Positions 39,672-52,088 of a stretch of 64,000 nucleotides of DNA are shown in pieces; position 1 is the stretch's first letter, and every line of letters starts with the position of its first letter. Location: assembly GCA_044892525.1 (NCBI GenBank), contig CM097885.1, positions 25,484,001 through 25,548,000 on the forward strand. Direction: 5' to 3'. Made by a program: the position numbers and the translations under genes. The notes beneath the pieces were generated by a model that was given only the letters and a program-made list of their open reading frames with translations, made no database searches and had not been told where the DNA came from. Origin of the DNA: Schmidtea polychroa (taxonomy: Eukaryota).

Positions 39672-40330
39672 TCATTTGGTGTCGAATTTTCTGCCTTTAT
39701 AGTAATGGCCTTGATACATATATTCCCAACCCTCCAGTTCCTTTAAAGTTGCATCGCGGAACTGGGCTAGTTTTGCCTTTCCTGCTTTTAAGTTCTTTAA
39801 TATGTGTAAAATTGCCTCACACCAGTTCTTATATACATCGGGTCGTGCTCCTCCAGCGTTAGGGTTATCAGTTGCGCATCCACATCCCGGTGGTGGTCTA
39901 TAGTAATACTTTATCTTTATATTTTTTCCATTCGTTTCTGGATAGCGTCCAATAGAAATTGTGTTCCGCTCGTTGTGCATATATTTATTGAAGTTAAGGT
40001 AATCGGAACTTCTTTGTTCCTTAGGAATAGCCCACCATTTTTCTTTTCATCCCATGTAGGAATTCATTTTCTTTTTATTTCATCCCAATATTCCATAGAA
40101 TTTCCTACCCCTGTTCCTTCATCGAACCATAGTTTGTCGCTACTGTATGTATGGTGATAAATTTCCTTATACCAACGTTTCGTTTTATTGTACCTGCTCT
40201 TATGCATTCTTTCTATAGCCTCATCTACATCTTCTAATGTGAAATCTACTGTTTCTCTCAATTTGGATATTCTCTCATGTTTCGATGCACTATGTGCGTC
40301 AAATTGGTTATAGTAACTCCATAGTTCCAT
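39672..40330 (-). pseudogene. Orphan intronless ORF of about 210 aa, split by a short local duplication
   Basis: ORFs 40064-40330 and 39672-39980 join as ...YWDEIKRK|WWAIPKEQRSSDYLNFNKYMHNER... when the duplicated TGGGATGAAA..AAGAAAA segment near 40040-40066 is removed. Confidence 0.55.
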
Positions 40331-40457
40331 GATACCATTGTTGGGCGCTTAGGAGTGTGTCGCGATGGTGGTTGCTAAGGGTAGCGGTTACTAGTCAGCA
40401 GGAGACTCCTTCCTAAACGCCCTTTATGACTATTGACTTTTCTCCCTCATGTGGACC

Positions 40458-41996
40458 CATAGTTTCCCAAACTTTTTTGGTCTACTGCCCCTTTTTCATA
40501 AAAAAAATTACTTAACGCCCCCTGGAACTCTTCATTATTTAAGGATTTAAGCAAATGAACTAAAATTTACAGTGGGTTTTTTATGTATCTATATTTGTAC
40601 CTAGGGGACAAAATAAAGAAAGATGTTGTTATAAGGCACCTTGACTTTCAAATTATAAAATTATTTATTAAATCAAAGAAATTCATTTTTAATACATAGA
40701 AAATTAATATTAATCCTAATGAGAAGGATGAACCTGGTGTACTGCTACCAATTTATTTACATTTGGCTCTATTTCTGTCAGAAGCATTCTTAAATCACCA
40801 CGATTAGTTATTTGCAGTCGGTTTCTCTTTTTGGTAAGCATATTTGTGACCGCACTGAAACCACGTTTCACTAAATAAGATGATGGAAAGGTTATGATAA
40901 ACTTCTGTACGATAGCCCATAATCCAGGATAAAGCGTGGGTATTTGCTTTTGCAGCCAAAACAACTGGTAGCCGTTTTTGAATTTAAATTTTAATTCCTC
41001 ATTTGTTGTTATTTCTATCAGTTCTTCTTGTAATTTTGGAGATTCTTCTGTATTTGCATTTGAAAAAGGGTCCAAAACCCAATCGGGTATGTTCATTTTA
41101 AGAATATCTTCAAATCGTGTATTGAAGTCAGAATGAAGAGCCTCCAAGTGCTGGCAATAAGCAATCAAGTCTTCATCATGTTTTTCCACTGTTGATAAAT
41201 TTGGAAACTGGCTGAATTCTCCTCTTCCCAAATTTCGTTTGTACAGAAGAAGTTTTGCTACAAATGAAGAAATAACCGTTTTTGTTTTAATTAAGTTCAG
41301 GTCATCGCCTTGGAGCTGTAGATTTGATTCATTAAATTTGTGAAACAAATCTGTCAAATAAGCTGCGTCATTTTTTGAATCAATCAATTTGGCTCGTAAA
41401 GCATCATCTTTGTTTTCTAGGAACACTAGCACTAGGTCAAAGAGTTTATAGAACCTAGCCAAACAGGCACCTTTTGACAGCCAACGAACTTCTGTATGAA
41501 GCAGCAAGCGATTAAATTCTTCATCGTTTTCACTACAAAGTTGTCTAAACAATCTGTCATTCAATGAATTGCTTCTTATTTTGTTAATTGCTTTAATGAC
41601 ATAATGCAATGACCTATGTAGACGTTCACTCAGATTTTTGGCAACTAAATGTTGACGATGAATGACACAGTTTATAGTTAATATATTCGGCACCGCTTTT
41701 TTTAAATAAGCAAGAAACCCTCTGTAGCGCCCTACCATCGCTGGAGCACCATCAGTAGCAGCTGATAAGATATTACTCAGGGGGATTTCTTTTTCTTTAA
41801 AAAACTCGTCCAATTCATGAAATATCGACTCTCCTTTAGTATCAGTCTGCAAATTTTTAGCAAATAATAACTCTTGGCAAATTTTTTCTTCTTTTATGAA
41901 TCGCACGTAAGCTAAAAGTAAGGCTTCATTTCCTGGCAAAGTTGACTCATCAAGCTGTATAGAGAAATGTTGAATAGAAAAAAATGTTGATTTCAA
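40458..41996 (-). mobile_element. 5'-truncated Buster-type hAT (SCAND3/ZBED8-like transposase, ORF 40716-41996)
   Basis: TIR CATAGTTTCCCAAAC at 40458. Motifs LDEST, TDGAPAMVG, CVIHRQHL, EVRWLSKG and FPSSYLVKRGFS (catalytic E replaced by K); ends HPSH. N-terminus and second TIR missing. Confidence 0.9.
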
Positions 41997-42227
41997 AGAA
42001 GTTGTCAGTATTCTGGTTTATATACATCCTGTCTATATACAAGTTTTTAGTTCAATTTACGGGGAAACTTTCGGGTCGCCTATGGCTAATACGATACAAC
42101 GACTATGATATTCAGAGTGTTCAGAATAATGTGACAAAAGGTGGTGCGATAAACAGTGATGACAATTGATCAACGGTAGTTTAAACTTTGGTATCTTCCA
42201 CGAAGTCGACTAATTTACAGTTGTGGT

Positions 42228-42470
42228 GTGAATTTAAATGTACATTATCTAACAATTTTTAAAAACCCTAGAGATGCAACAGTTATTGATTTTCTAGCAA
42301 GACAATCATACCCAAACAATAGGAAGTTTCTACTAGAAGCATTTCAAGATACAACTAAAATTCCTAATCGATATTTATTTCTAGACTTTACCCAAAAATG
42401 TTCGGATGAATTACGAGTTCGAACAAATATATTTAACAAAGACGGTACAACAGTATATAAGCAAAGTTTT
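42228..42470 (+). pseudogene. Polinton/Maverick packaging ATPase (A32/FtsK-like), C-terminal fragment
   Basis: LNVHYLTIFKNPRD..IDFLARQSYP..FL.EAFQDTT..PNRYLFLDF....ELRVRTNIF matches the Maverick ATPase C-terminal signature as I recall it. Walker motifs are absent. Confidence 0.75.
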
Positions 42471-42654
42471 CAAAAAGTAATTGTCAAACTTTCAAAGAAA
42501 TTGAAGAATTTGATTGCAAAGCGTTAGAAGAGGAAAATTAAAAATAAATTTACAAATAAAATTCCACCGAAAACTAGTTACTCGGAACCAAAAGAGTTTC
42601 AATTATCAAAACAAAAACCTAAAGTTTTTATAGCATCTAGACAAGTCAAAATTC

Positions 42655-44280
42655 TGTTGGGCTAAAATACGTGATTAATCTGAATTTTTCATAAAGTAAT
42701 TAAATAAAAAATCATTTAATATTAAATTGAGGTAATCGGTAAAGCAGTATGGAAAATAAAGAATAGGAAAAGGAGAAAATAATAATATAAAATAAAATTA
42801 GATAAAATAACCCAACAAAAATAAAACAAGAAAATAATTCCTAAACGAACAAGATACATAAGCACAACAGATAATCAAAACAAAACAGTTGGGAAAAATA
42901 AGACAAAATATTAAAAATAAAAAGAATAATAATCAACAAAAACTAAATTAAAAAATAAAATGAAATAAAATATAGTTACAAAAAGAATTACCAACAGGAT
43001 CCAACAAAAGAAAGGAAAAATAAAAATAACTAAATTAGCAAGTAGATTATAAAATAAAATAAATAAATATCCGCAAGAAAATAGTTAAAAGAAATAAAAT
43101 AGAAAAAACAGTATTTTACAACATAACCGGATCCTGATTGGACGAAAATTACTATATAAGGACAACGACTTGATCGATTCCTTCAATTCTAAAATTTCAA
43201 TTTCAGGACGATTTTAGCGCCAACCACTCCCACTCAGTTTAATCATTCTATAGCATCTTATTCGATTTAGATATTTAGAAATCATCGTATCAAGAAAGGA
43301 AAAACCAAGTAAATTTTGATTTATATTTATGTACAATTCATTATTATCAATTGTAATTTTATTGTAAGTTAAAATATCATTTATGAGATGTTCCTTTTTC
43401 TCTTCACTTTAGTTGTTCATTATTTAATAACATGCATCACGAGCCATTGAGTTATGACATTGAGTGCGATTCGGACAACCAATACGAATGATGAATAGTC
43501 CCGAACATTTTCTTGAGAGCCAGGACTTGGTAGGAATCAAATCGAATAGCCAATGTGGAGAATGAATGTTCCAGAATTGGTTTATAAGGATCGGGATTTA
43601 ATGGAAATCAATGTATTTGCACCATAGATAGCAAGGAGCAACGAACATCAGAAGTTAGAAATGATTGAACGAAAAAGTCGAACAAATAATGGAGATATGA
43701 TGAAGGGTAGAAGAAATGGATTCTAGTAAAGATCGGAGATAGGAATTGGATGGGAGGATGAAGCCACGCAGACAATGGATAGGCGAGTGTGTCCTTAGAG
43801 AGCAAGGTTAGGCAGAAAATCACCTAAATTATGCCCAAAAAACATAATCGAGTTGAGGAAATTAGTCATTCCAGAAGTAGTCATCTGGAGTTGGATCGAT
43901 TGAGGAGAGGAAATTTTCAGGTTTAGTTGAGGTCTAGGGAACCTAGAGATGAAATCAATGATCCGAGAATGGCACACTTCTAAAATTTTTATTACTTTAT
44001 TATGGTTATTTCATTGATTTATATGGCGAGACCTGTTCGGAAGAACGTTTGGGGATTGCTGGAACTTGTAACGGTGGTAATCAGATGATTCTCTCAGGTG
44101 GGCACCCAGGAGGTATAGTGTGAAATAAGATAGAACTAGAATGCAGTGATTCAAGTGTATAATTAGAGAATGGCAGTTCTTCACTTCAGTGGTGTACTTG
44201 AGCAGATAAACAAATTGTATTTGGATCATTCGTCCGACAACTGAAATCTGTCTTGCAAGTTCGAGATAATTCATAATTTC
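42655..44280 (+). mobile_element. Decayed LTR retroelement relic (LTR about 42655-43432 plus eroded internal region)
   Basis: TGTTGG...TAACA ends, TATATAAGG near 43153, a PBS-like stretch after 43432 and a purine-rich degraded interior. No intact domains. Confidence 0.4.
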
Positions 44281-47200
44281 ACATGAAAAGCAAGATTCCC
44301 TTTTTATAGTGATCAGTAAATCGACCTAAATGCACATTCTTAATGCAAGATAGATCCTAATCGTAATATATCGTAGTATATCTTCATTTATCGAACTTAT
44401 AAATTCTATGTAAATCCGACGATATACCATCGAAAATCAATTAGAATCGTAATCATCTAAACATAAAATTCTCTAAGAATTATAACTCGCGATAAGAACA
44501 TCAGGAAGCATGCTTGAATAGAGTCTCGGGCACCGCTCTGTCGGAGATATCGGCATGACATCCGGTACATTATAGAAACGATTCTAGTTTATTGTGGCAA
44601 CTCCTATAGATAAGTCGACAAAAACCGTTTTCTTCTTGCACACACAAACATAAATAGGATATCTTACGATGATTAGACGACATTAATTGATCGAAAACCA
44701 TCGTGAACCATGTACGTTAAATCCAACGAAGTTTAAAGGCCGATAACAAATCAGGTTTATCACATCAATTCGATCCACCATCAATTTTCATCTTGATACA
44801 CAAATTCTATCTGGATAAACATCCGTCATAAACAAACTAGCATCTCCATTTAAGACATGGTGAAGTCGACGTAAATTTCATTCAGGATGTTTACATTAAT
44901 ATAGGTAACCGTGGGGTATAATTGAATTTTCGGTTAATTCGCACGAAATCGCATCGAGAATAAACAAAATTGTCTGCTAACTGAAATAGAAGGCGACTGA
45001 ACTGAGACATTTAATTAATTAATTCGATAAATAATTAAAATCCACTACTTAAAAACGAACCGCCGTAAAAACAAATTTGTAATTTTTGACTGACAAAGAA
45101 CATAACACATTAAGTTGAAAGTCTGATTTTCACCTTCTAAATTGACTAATTTCTGTCGAACTCGGAGTTATTTGATTTCACCTACCTAACACTGATAACA
45201 AAAAAATTGTAGTTTTCGTGAGGTCCCCTCTGTAAGTTACCAATTACTAAGTTGTCTCACACCATTATAATGTTGGGCTAGAACTGATTTCTAGACCCAA
45301 AACTCTAATTTGTGACTGGAATGCGTAGGCACACAGCACACAAAAAGCAAAAAGTACAGTTAAATATAAAAATACATCAAGTAAACAATATTAATTAAGA
45401 GGGAAAACAACAAAAATATAAACACAGAAATAAAATAAAATAATACAAATGCAAGAAGTAGTACAAGAATCTAACTCAAAAATAGCAGAAACACAGAATT
45501 ACAAAAAACAGACTCGAATAGCTTAGAAAGATGGTAAAACATCGAAAAATTCTAGAAGATCCCAGAACATTTCATAAGAATGGCGATAACCATCATAAAA
45601 GCCATCTAGAGCAATAAAAGTCAGAAAAATAAATAAATTAGTAATAAATAAATAAATTAGAAATTAGGAAAAACATCATTAAAATAAAAATTAAATTAAA
45701 AGTAATATAGAATGTTCTGGAACCGTTCCAAATCTATCGTGGAGGTAAATTTAGCAAGAAATAATTAGAAAATAAAAATTATGGCGCAAAAATTGCCATT
45801 AAAAATATCAAAAATAGAAAATTCTAGAATAAAAGGAATTCGAGTTTGTTTTAATGCATCAATACATACACGTGTACTTGCACACACAAAAATAGGTATA
45901 TATACCGACGCATTTTAGTCACAAAAACACACTCTATGCCAAATTCATTTTAATCGCCGAAAAAACTTCGGAAAATCTTAATAGTAAGAATTGATTTATT
46001 TGCTCTATAATGTTTATTTTTTAAATCTATGTTGATCTTCAAAATCTCCCTCGAATTTTTTTTGATTATTGGATGTAGGAGTGATTAGAGTCGTACAGAT
46101 TGTCTGCGTCTCTGATCAGTCATGCATTCAACTAGATTAATGATTTACAACCACATGCAAACACGCATGAAGTCCATAGTGATTAAGGCCCAGAAATACT
46201 GCAGTGTCGCAATTTCAAAACCACACCAAGTGCCAAATAGACCTCAAGATCAAAGGCACAAAGATCAATAAACAATTAATATCATACACAAATGAACCAA
46301 TTCTGAATAAATTTGACAACTGATTTCAATATAAATTTCAATCATCTGAATCTATAACTAATTCTTTCGTTAATAGATGATGATTTTGATACTATTTACA
46401 TCTTATAATTTTGACATTTACACTGACACACAAGTCGTTTTTGATTATAAAATGCAAATTTTGGTAAATTTGCCCTTGCTTTTTTTGCTATTATTACATT
46501 AATCGTATTAGTTTTGCAATCCGCCATAACAGATTTTTCATTTTTCGGAAATATCACTAAAAGGTAAACATACATTTTTACTACTCTACTGCAGCCTGAC
46601 AAATCGCTATCGTTCTTTTTAGTTCGACGATCTTTTCCTTTTCCAATTAGAAAATATTAATACTGTCAATAATTTTTTTATTAATTAGTTTGTATTTTTA
46701 TGAGTACATTTGAAATTGACTAGTTTTTATTAAATAATACCCGAAAATTAATGAAAATGATGATGTTTCTTCGGATATATACAAAATTTGGCTATGATTT
46801 CACTAAATAAATTTAGCAAACAATGATTTTCAATATCAATATAAATTACTCAAGGAACATGAATTTTAATTGATAAGTAGCCATATATTCATTGAAAATA
46901 ATTATGAGATAAATATTAAATATGTAAAAAGATTTTCACTAAATAATACCCAGAAATTGACAAAAATGTTTGCTTAAATACAAAAATGACTTAGATTTTA
47001 CTAAATTTATAAAATTGACTGCGATTTTCACTATACAATATGAAACTTGTTTATAGAACTGCCAACTTAACAAAGATAACACAACGTCATAGACATTTGG
47101 AACATAATCTTCATTATCATTTGCGCTAAAATAAATTAATTTCAATAAATTGCATTTAGATAGGTGAAATAACAATTCTAGCAAAAAGTCCTAAATTCCA

Positions 47201-48960
47201 ATTTCGTCAAAATGAGAAAATAAATATATATCTTAATAGTTGATGCCAGTATTAAAAAGCTGAACGACATAATATATTCATGAAGTTGTTGCGATCGACC
47301 ATATCAAGAATTTTGCCTTGCCATTGTATTGGTGCAGTTAACCCAGCCCAGGGAATAAATTTTTGCAACCCCACAACATAGACTTACTATATTCTAACAA
47401 AATTGTCATTCAAAGTTTAATGTTTTCATGGAAAATGACTATAATGCAGATAGTTATAATGTTTAACCTGAAGTAATAATTGGAATAACCTTTCGTCTTC
47501 AAGATCCATTTTACCTAAAGTTGAATATCTTTAGCTAATAAAATAACCATTATCTACCAATAGCCGACAGATCTAGATAAAGAATTAGAAAATTTAATGA
47601 ATAAACGTTTCGAACAATAATAAGTATTCGTAAATTAATACCATGAAAAAACAAATATGGCCCAGTGGCCAATGAGTAAGCCGGAGCGTACAATCGTGCT
47701 TGGTGAAGGCGAAGTGGGTACCCAAACGTATAGCGGAGTACTAGCAGCTCGTCAGTCACCAGCAAGATTGAATTTTCCGGCAGCTGGTCATAAAATATCT
47801 CTAAAACCAAAATCTAAAATGGGACACTTAAATAATAATAATAATAAACAGTGGTGATATTAAATTTACGTAATGGTGTAGTCAAACACTGGATAATTAT
47901 TTCCAAATTTAATCAGGAAGTTTGATTGAAATAAAATTCTTAAAAAATTTTACAATAATTAGATTTGACTTGCCTGGGTAGGAAGAATTTTTTTTATTAA
48001 AAGAAAAAATTGATTAAACTAAATTCAACTGAGCTTTCTACTATTCAAAATTTTATAGAACCTGATCTAACACTTCGAAGTTATGTCATAATCGGTCCGA
48101 AGTTCTATCCAGCATAGACGATTGGTGTGATGAATCTTGATGAATAAATATATGTGTCCTCGAGTTTTGCATTGACTTCTTTTTAACGAATAGGGTAAAT
48201 AACTTATAGGTCGAATAGAAGTGATTCTCACTAGCCTATACAAAGTAATACGAGGCATAAACCCAATAGATACAATAACTCGCCGATATCGTATATAGAA
48301 AAATAGTAGTTTGCCTATAAGGATTAGGTGCATCGGTATAACGATGTGCGTGCATTTGAAGGTGCATGTGTGTGGTTTGCCTGAGATAGAATGTGTAATT
48401 AATAAAGGCACTGATAGACCGAAAAATCGATAAGCAAACCGATGGGTAAGTGTGGACACACCCAGTTGCACACCGGTATTGTCGCCAGCTATATAAGACA
48501 TAGTAAGTAAATAATCATCGAATTATTTCTAGTCAACTAATGCCTAGCTATAAACAACACGACGATGATTTCATTGTTTGCTTCGTTTTCTTTGGCTTGA
48601 TGTCCTTGCTGTTATTCGAAAATTAATATTTCTGTTTCATTTTGATATAATCTAGAAATATAAATTAATTAAGATTAACTTAAATTTTTGGTGGATTTTA
48701 GTAGATGGATTGGTCACCGCGAGAACAAAGACATTTTCACCCCCGGCCGGAAAATTTTTTTTCAAGGTCAAATTGAAAACAAAGACATATGACTCATCAA
48801 GGTCATTGAAACAAAGACCATGACTCGTCAAGGTCATTGAAACAAAGATCATGACTCATCCGATGACTCGCCAAGGTCATTGAAACCAAGACCATGACTC
48901 ATCCAAGGTCATTCTCAATGTCGTATGACTCATCAAGGTCATATTATTATTTTTAAAAAT

Positions 48961-49680
48961 ATTATTATTTCTAATGTCTTTGTTCTCGCGGTGACCTACT
49001 ATTTGGCCTGCCAAAAGTTATCGTTCCCATCAACTTATTTCATCGGTCGATAGCTTATTTTAAAGCTTGGTGCAAGACCTTTCGAATGAGCTATTGCTGT
49101 CATCACCATCTTCAATATTGACAAAGTTATTAACATTTTCCCAAGAGCATTTCCAAAGTCATTTGACAATTTTATTATTATTTTTAAAAATATTATTTTT
49201 TCAAAGTCTTTTTTCAAGGTCATATTTTAAAATTAAACTTTACAGAGTTTCCGCCAACGAAAATCAGTAAACGATAGCTCATTTTAAAGCCCAAATCAAG
49301 ACCTTTCATATGAGCTATATATCTTATTATTAACATTATTATTTCAAAAGTCTGTTCTTGCGGTGACCTACTATTTGGCCTGCCAAAAGTTATCGTTCCC
49401 ATCAACGTATTTCATCGCTCGATAGCTTACTTTAAAGCTTGGTGCAAGACCTTTCGAATGAGCTATTGTTGTCATCATCTTTAATATTGGCAAAGTTATT
49501 ACCATTTTCAAGGTCATTTGTTTTTTCTCAAGGTCATTTGTTTTCTCAAGGTCATATTTTAAAATTAAAATTTACAGAGCTTCCGCCAACGAAAATTAGT
49601 AAACGATAGCTCATTTTAAAGCCCAATTCAAGACCTTTCGTATGAGCCATATATCTTGTTATTAACATTATTATTTCTAA
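48961..49680. repeat. Tandem duplication of a ~350-375 bp TIR module
   Basis: GTGACCTACTATTTGGCCTGCCAAAAGTTATCG...GCCCAA.TCAAGACCTTTC occurs at about 48991 and 49363, and inverted at about 51370-51645. Confidence 0.9.
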
Positions 49681-49837
49681 AGATATTATTATTATTATTA
49701 TTAATAAAAAATCCTATCAACCGATAAATAATGTTGCGTGCCCACTGCAACACTATTACACAATAAAAATATAAAATTTCTAACAAAATTCTTTCAAAAG
49801 TTCTGTCATCAGGATCCACACGAATCTCCTCATTAAC

Positions 49838-49838
49838 A

Positions 49839-49898
<60 letters not shown>
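49838..49898. repeat. (TTA)n microsatellite inside the Polinton-like element
   Basis: Direct reading. Confidence 0.95.
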
Positions 49899-50156
49899 TT
49901 TCGTTGGAATCTTTTAATAAAATACTAACAACAGATAAATAATGTTGCATGCTCACTGCAACACTATTACACAATAAAAATATATTATTATAAAAATTCT
50001 TACAAAAGTTAACACTTGTGTGAAATAATCAAATTTTTATACATTTATACAAGCGTTTAACTGTTGTAAGAACCTTGAAAACTATCACCAGTTTTCAATA
50101 AAACGAAATAAAACAATATAAAGACTATTTTTTAAAAAAATATATTAAAACACAAA

Positions 50157-51160
50157 TTAATCTGATAAAATGACATCGTCAATATGGATGCCGATTTCGA
50201 ATATCTGGCCAGGATTATCAGGATCCGAGTGATCGTCAAAGTCTGGACTCAAGCCACCAAAAAGTGGTCCTACTTCAGAAAATATCTGACCATCATCAGT
50301 TTCGTCAAATCCTAAATAATGCCCATATGCCAGACTGGAATTAGGCCCCATCCATAGTCTCTTGTCATCGTTGTTCGACAAGGCTATTTTACTGTTCTTA
50401 AAAGTAAAGAGCTGGTGGTTACGCGTCCCTATTCTAGTTTGTGGCACCGTATATACTACGCTGTTGTTGTAGCAGTCTAAATAAGACTGGTGCCTTATCT
50501 CAGTATTACCAAGCTGAACTCCCTTAGCCCTAAGTGTTGCCTTATCTCCTAACAAACTATAACACTTAGGGCGCAAGAAAACCCACTCCTTATAACCAAG
50601 CCCTTTACTTTCGTCCTTAAATTTCCCTATCACAGAATCCAAACTCTTTGAATACAAAGGATGAGCAGGATCATAATTGCTGGTATCTAGAAGATTATCA
50701 CGAATCATTGCCGGCAAAAGAGTGTCAAGCTTACAGTGCTTTATCTCTAAGAAAAAAGAGTCGGTGTCGCCGGCAACGATATTTATATCACAGTTAAACT
50801 CTAAACGATATTTTGCCAATTCTATATACTGTAACTCGTACATCCTCAGTTTAGACACGTCTAGTACAGATTGGCCAATGTAGCTAGGCCTGTCTAAACT
50901 TATAGAATCCTTATTTAGATGTGCAGCAATCAAGTCATCATCAATTTTGATTGCTTTCTTGAAAGTCGGCTTTGAAGCATATACAATCATCTTTTCAGCT
51001 GAATTCCATAGCCTCAAATTCATCCGTTTTTAAGGTTTTCCACGGATTTCCCATACAGACTATCATTAAATAGTTTATATAAATCTCTGTGCAGCTCGCA
51101 TGTAGAATTTGAGCGCAAAATAGTATTGGTCTCTATATAATCTTTAAGAATGGGTACATG
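50157..51160 (-). pseudogene. pPolB C-terminal remnant (copy 2)
   Basis: Highly similar to 189-1269, with downstream similarity extending to about 49930 (equivalent to ~1490). AGDTDS motif intact; 1-nt deletion near 51030; cut abruptly at 51160. Confidence 0.9.
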
Positions 51161-52088
51161 AGTAGATGGTTAGGAGCCCGCTAACTCACATACCCCCTCC
51201 CCCGGTCTGAAAAATTTTATTTTTTAGAACGATGCCTCATATTTTTAGAATTAATAATAAAATCATATGATGGGATCACTAACTTGTTGCATTACCAAAA
51301 GTAGGTCTCCGCTAGAACAAAGACATTAAAAATAATGATGATAATAATAAGATATATAGATCATTCGAAAGGTCTTGAATTGGGCTTTAAAATGAGCTAT
51401 CGTTTACTAATTTTCGTTGGCGGAAACTCTGTAAATTTTAAAATATAACCTTGAAAAAATAATATTTTTAAAAATAATAATAAAATTGTCAAATGACTTT
51501 GAAAATGGTCTTGTCAATATTAAAGATGATGATGACAACAATAGCTCATTCGAAAGGTCTTGCACCAAGCCTCAAAATAAGCTATCGACCGATGAAATAA
51601 GTTGATGGGAACGATAACTTTTGGCAGGCCACATAGTAGGTCACCGCGAGAACAAAGACATTAGAAATAATAATATTTTTAAAAACAGTAATATGACCTT
51701 GATGAGTCATACGACCTTGAGCATGACCTTGGATGAGTCATACGACCTTGAGAATGACCTTGATGAGTCATGGTCTTTGTTTCAATGACCTTGGTGAGTC
51801 ATCGGACGAGTCATGGTTTTTGTTTCAATGACATTGATGAGTCATGTGAGGAAGATTTAATTATTAGCACAATATAATATTATAATAATAAATTACATCT
51901 GAATTATTACTATTAAGAAATTAACATATACATATATTAAAGTATTATATTCGTATTATATTATGGCGTACATAATTATTATTGTTATTTAGAAATGCTT
52001 AATCGTCAATTTAAGGATTTGTTTAGTCAAACCGATATTGTTATAATTTTTGAATATAATTTGAATTCGACTTCTAGTTTTATTTAAC

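Noticed and set aside
45271..48520. Further LTR-like or SINE-like pieces (TGTTGGGCTA at 45271, AAT-tailed 47650-47850, TATATAAG near 48490) and ORF 48067-48501
   Set aside because: Boundaries, TSDs and protein motifs could not be established.
48780..48945. CRISPR-like array
   Set aside because: Tandem ~31-bp units without unique spacers, no cas genes, eukaryotic context; part of the Polinton TIR.
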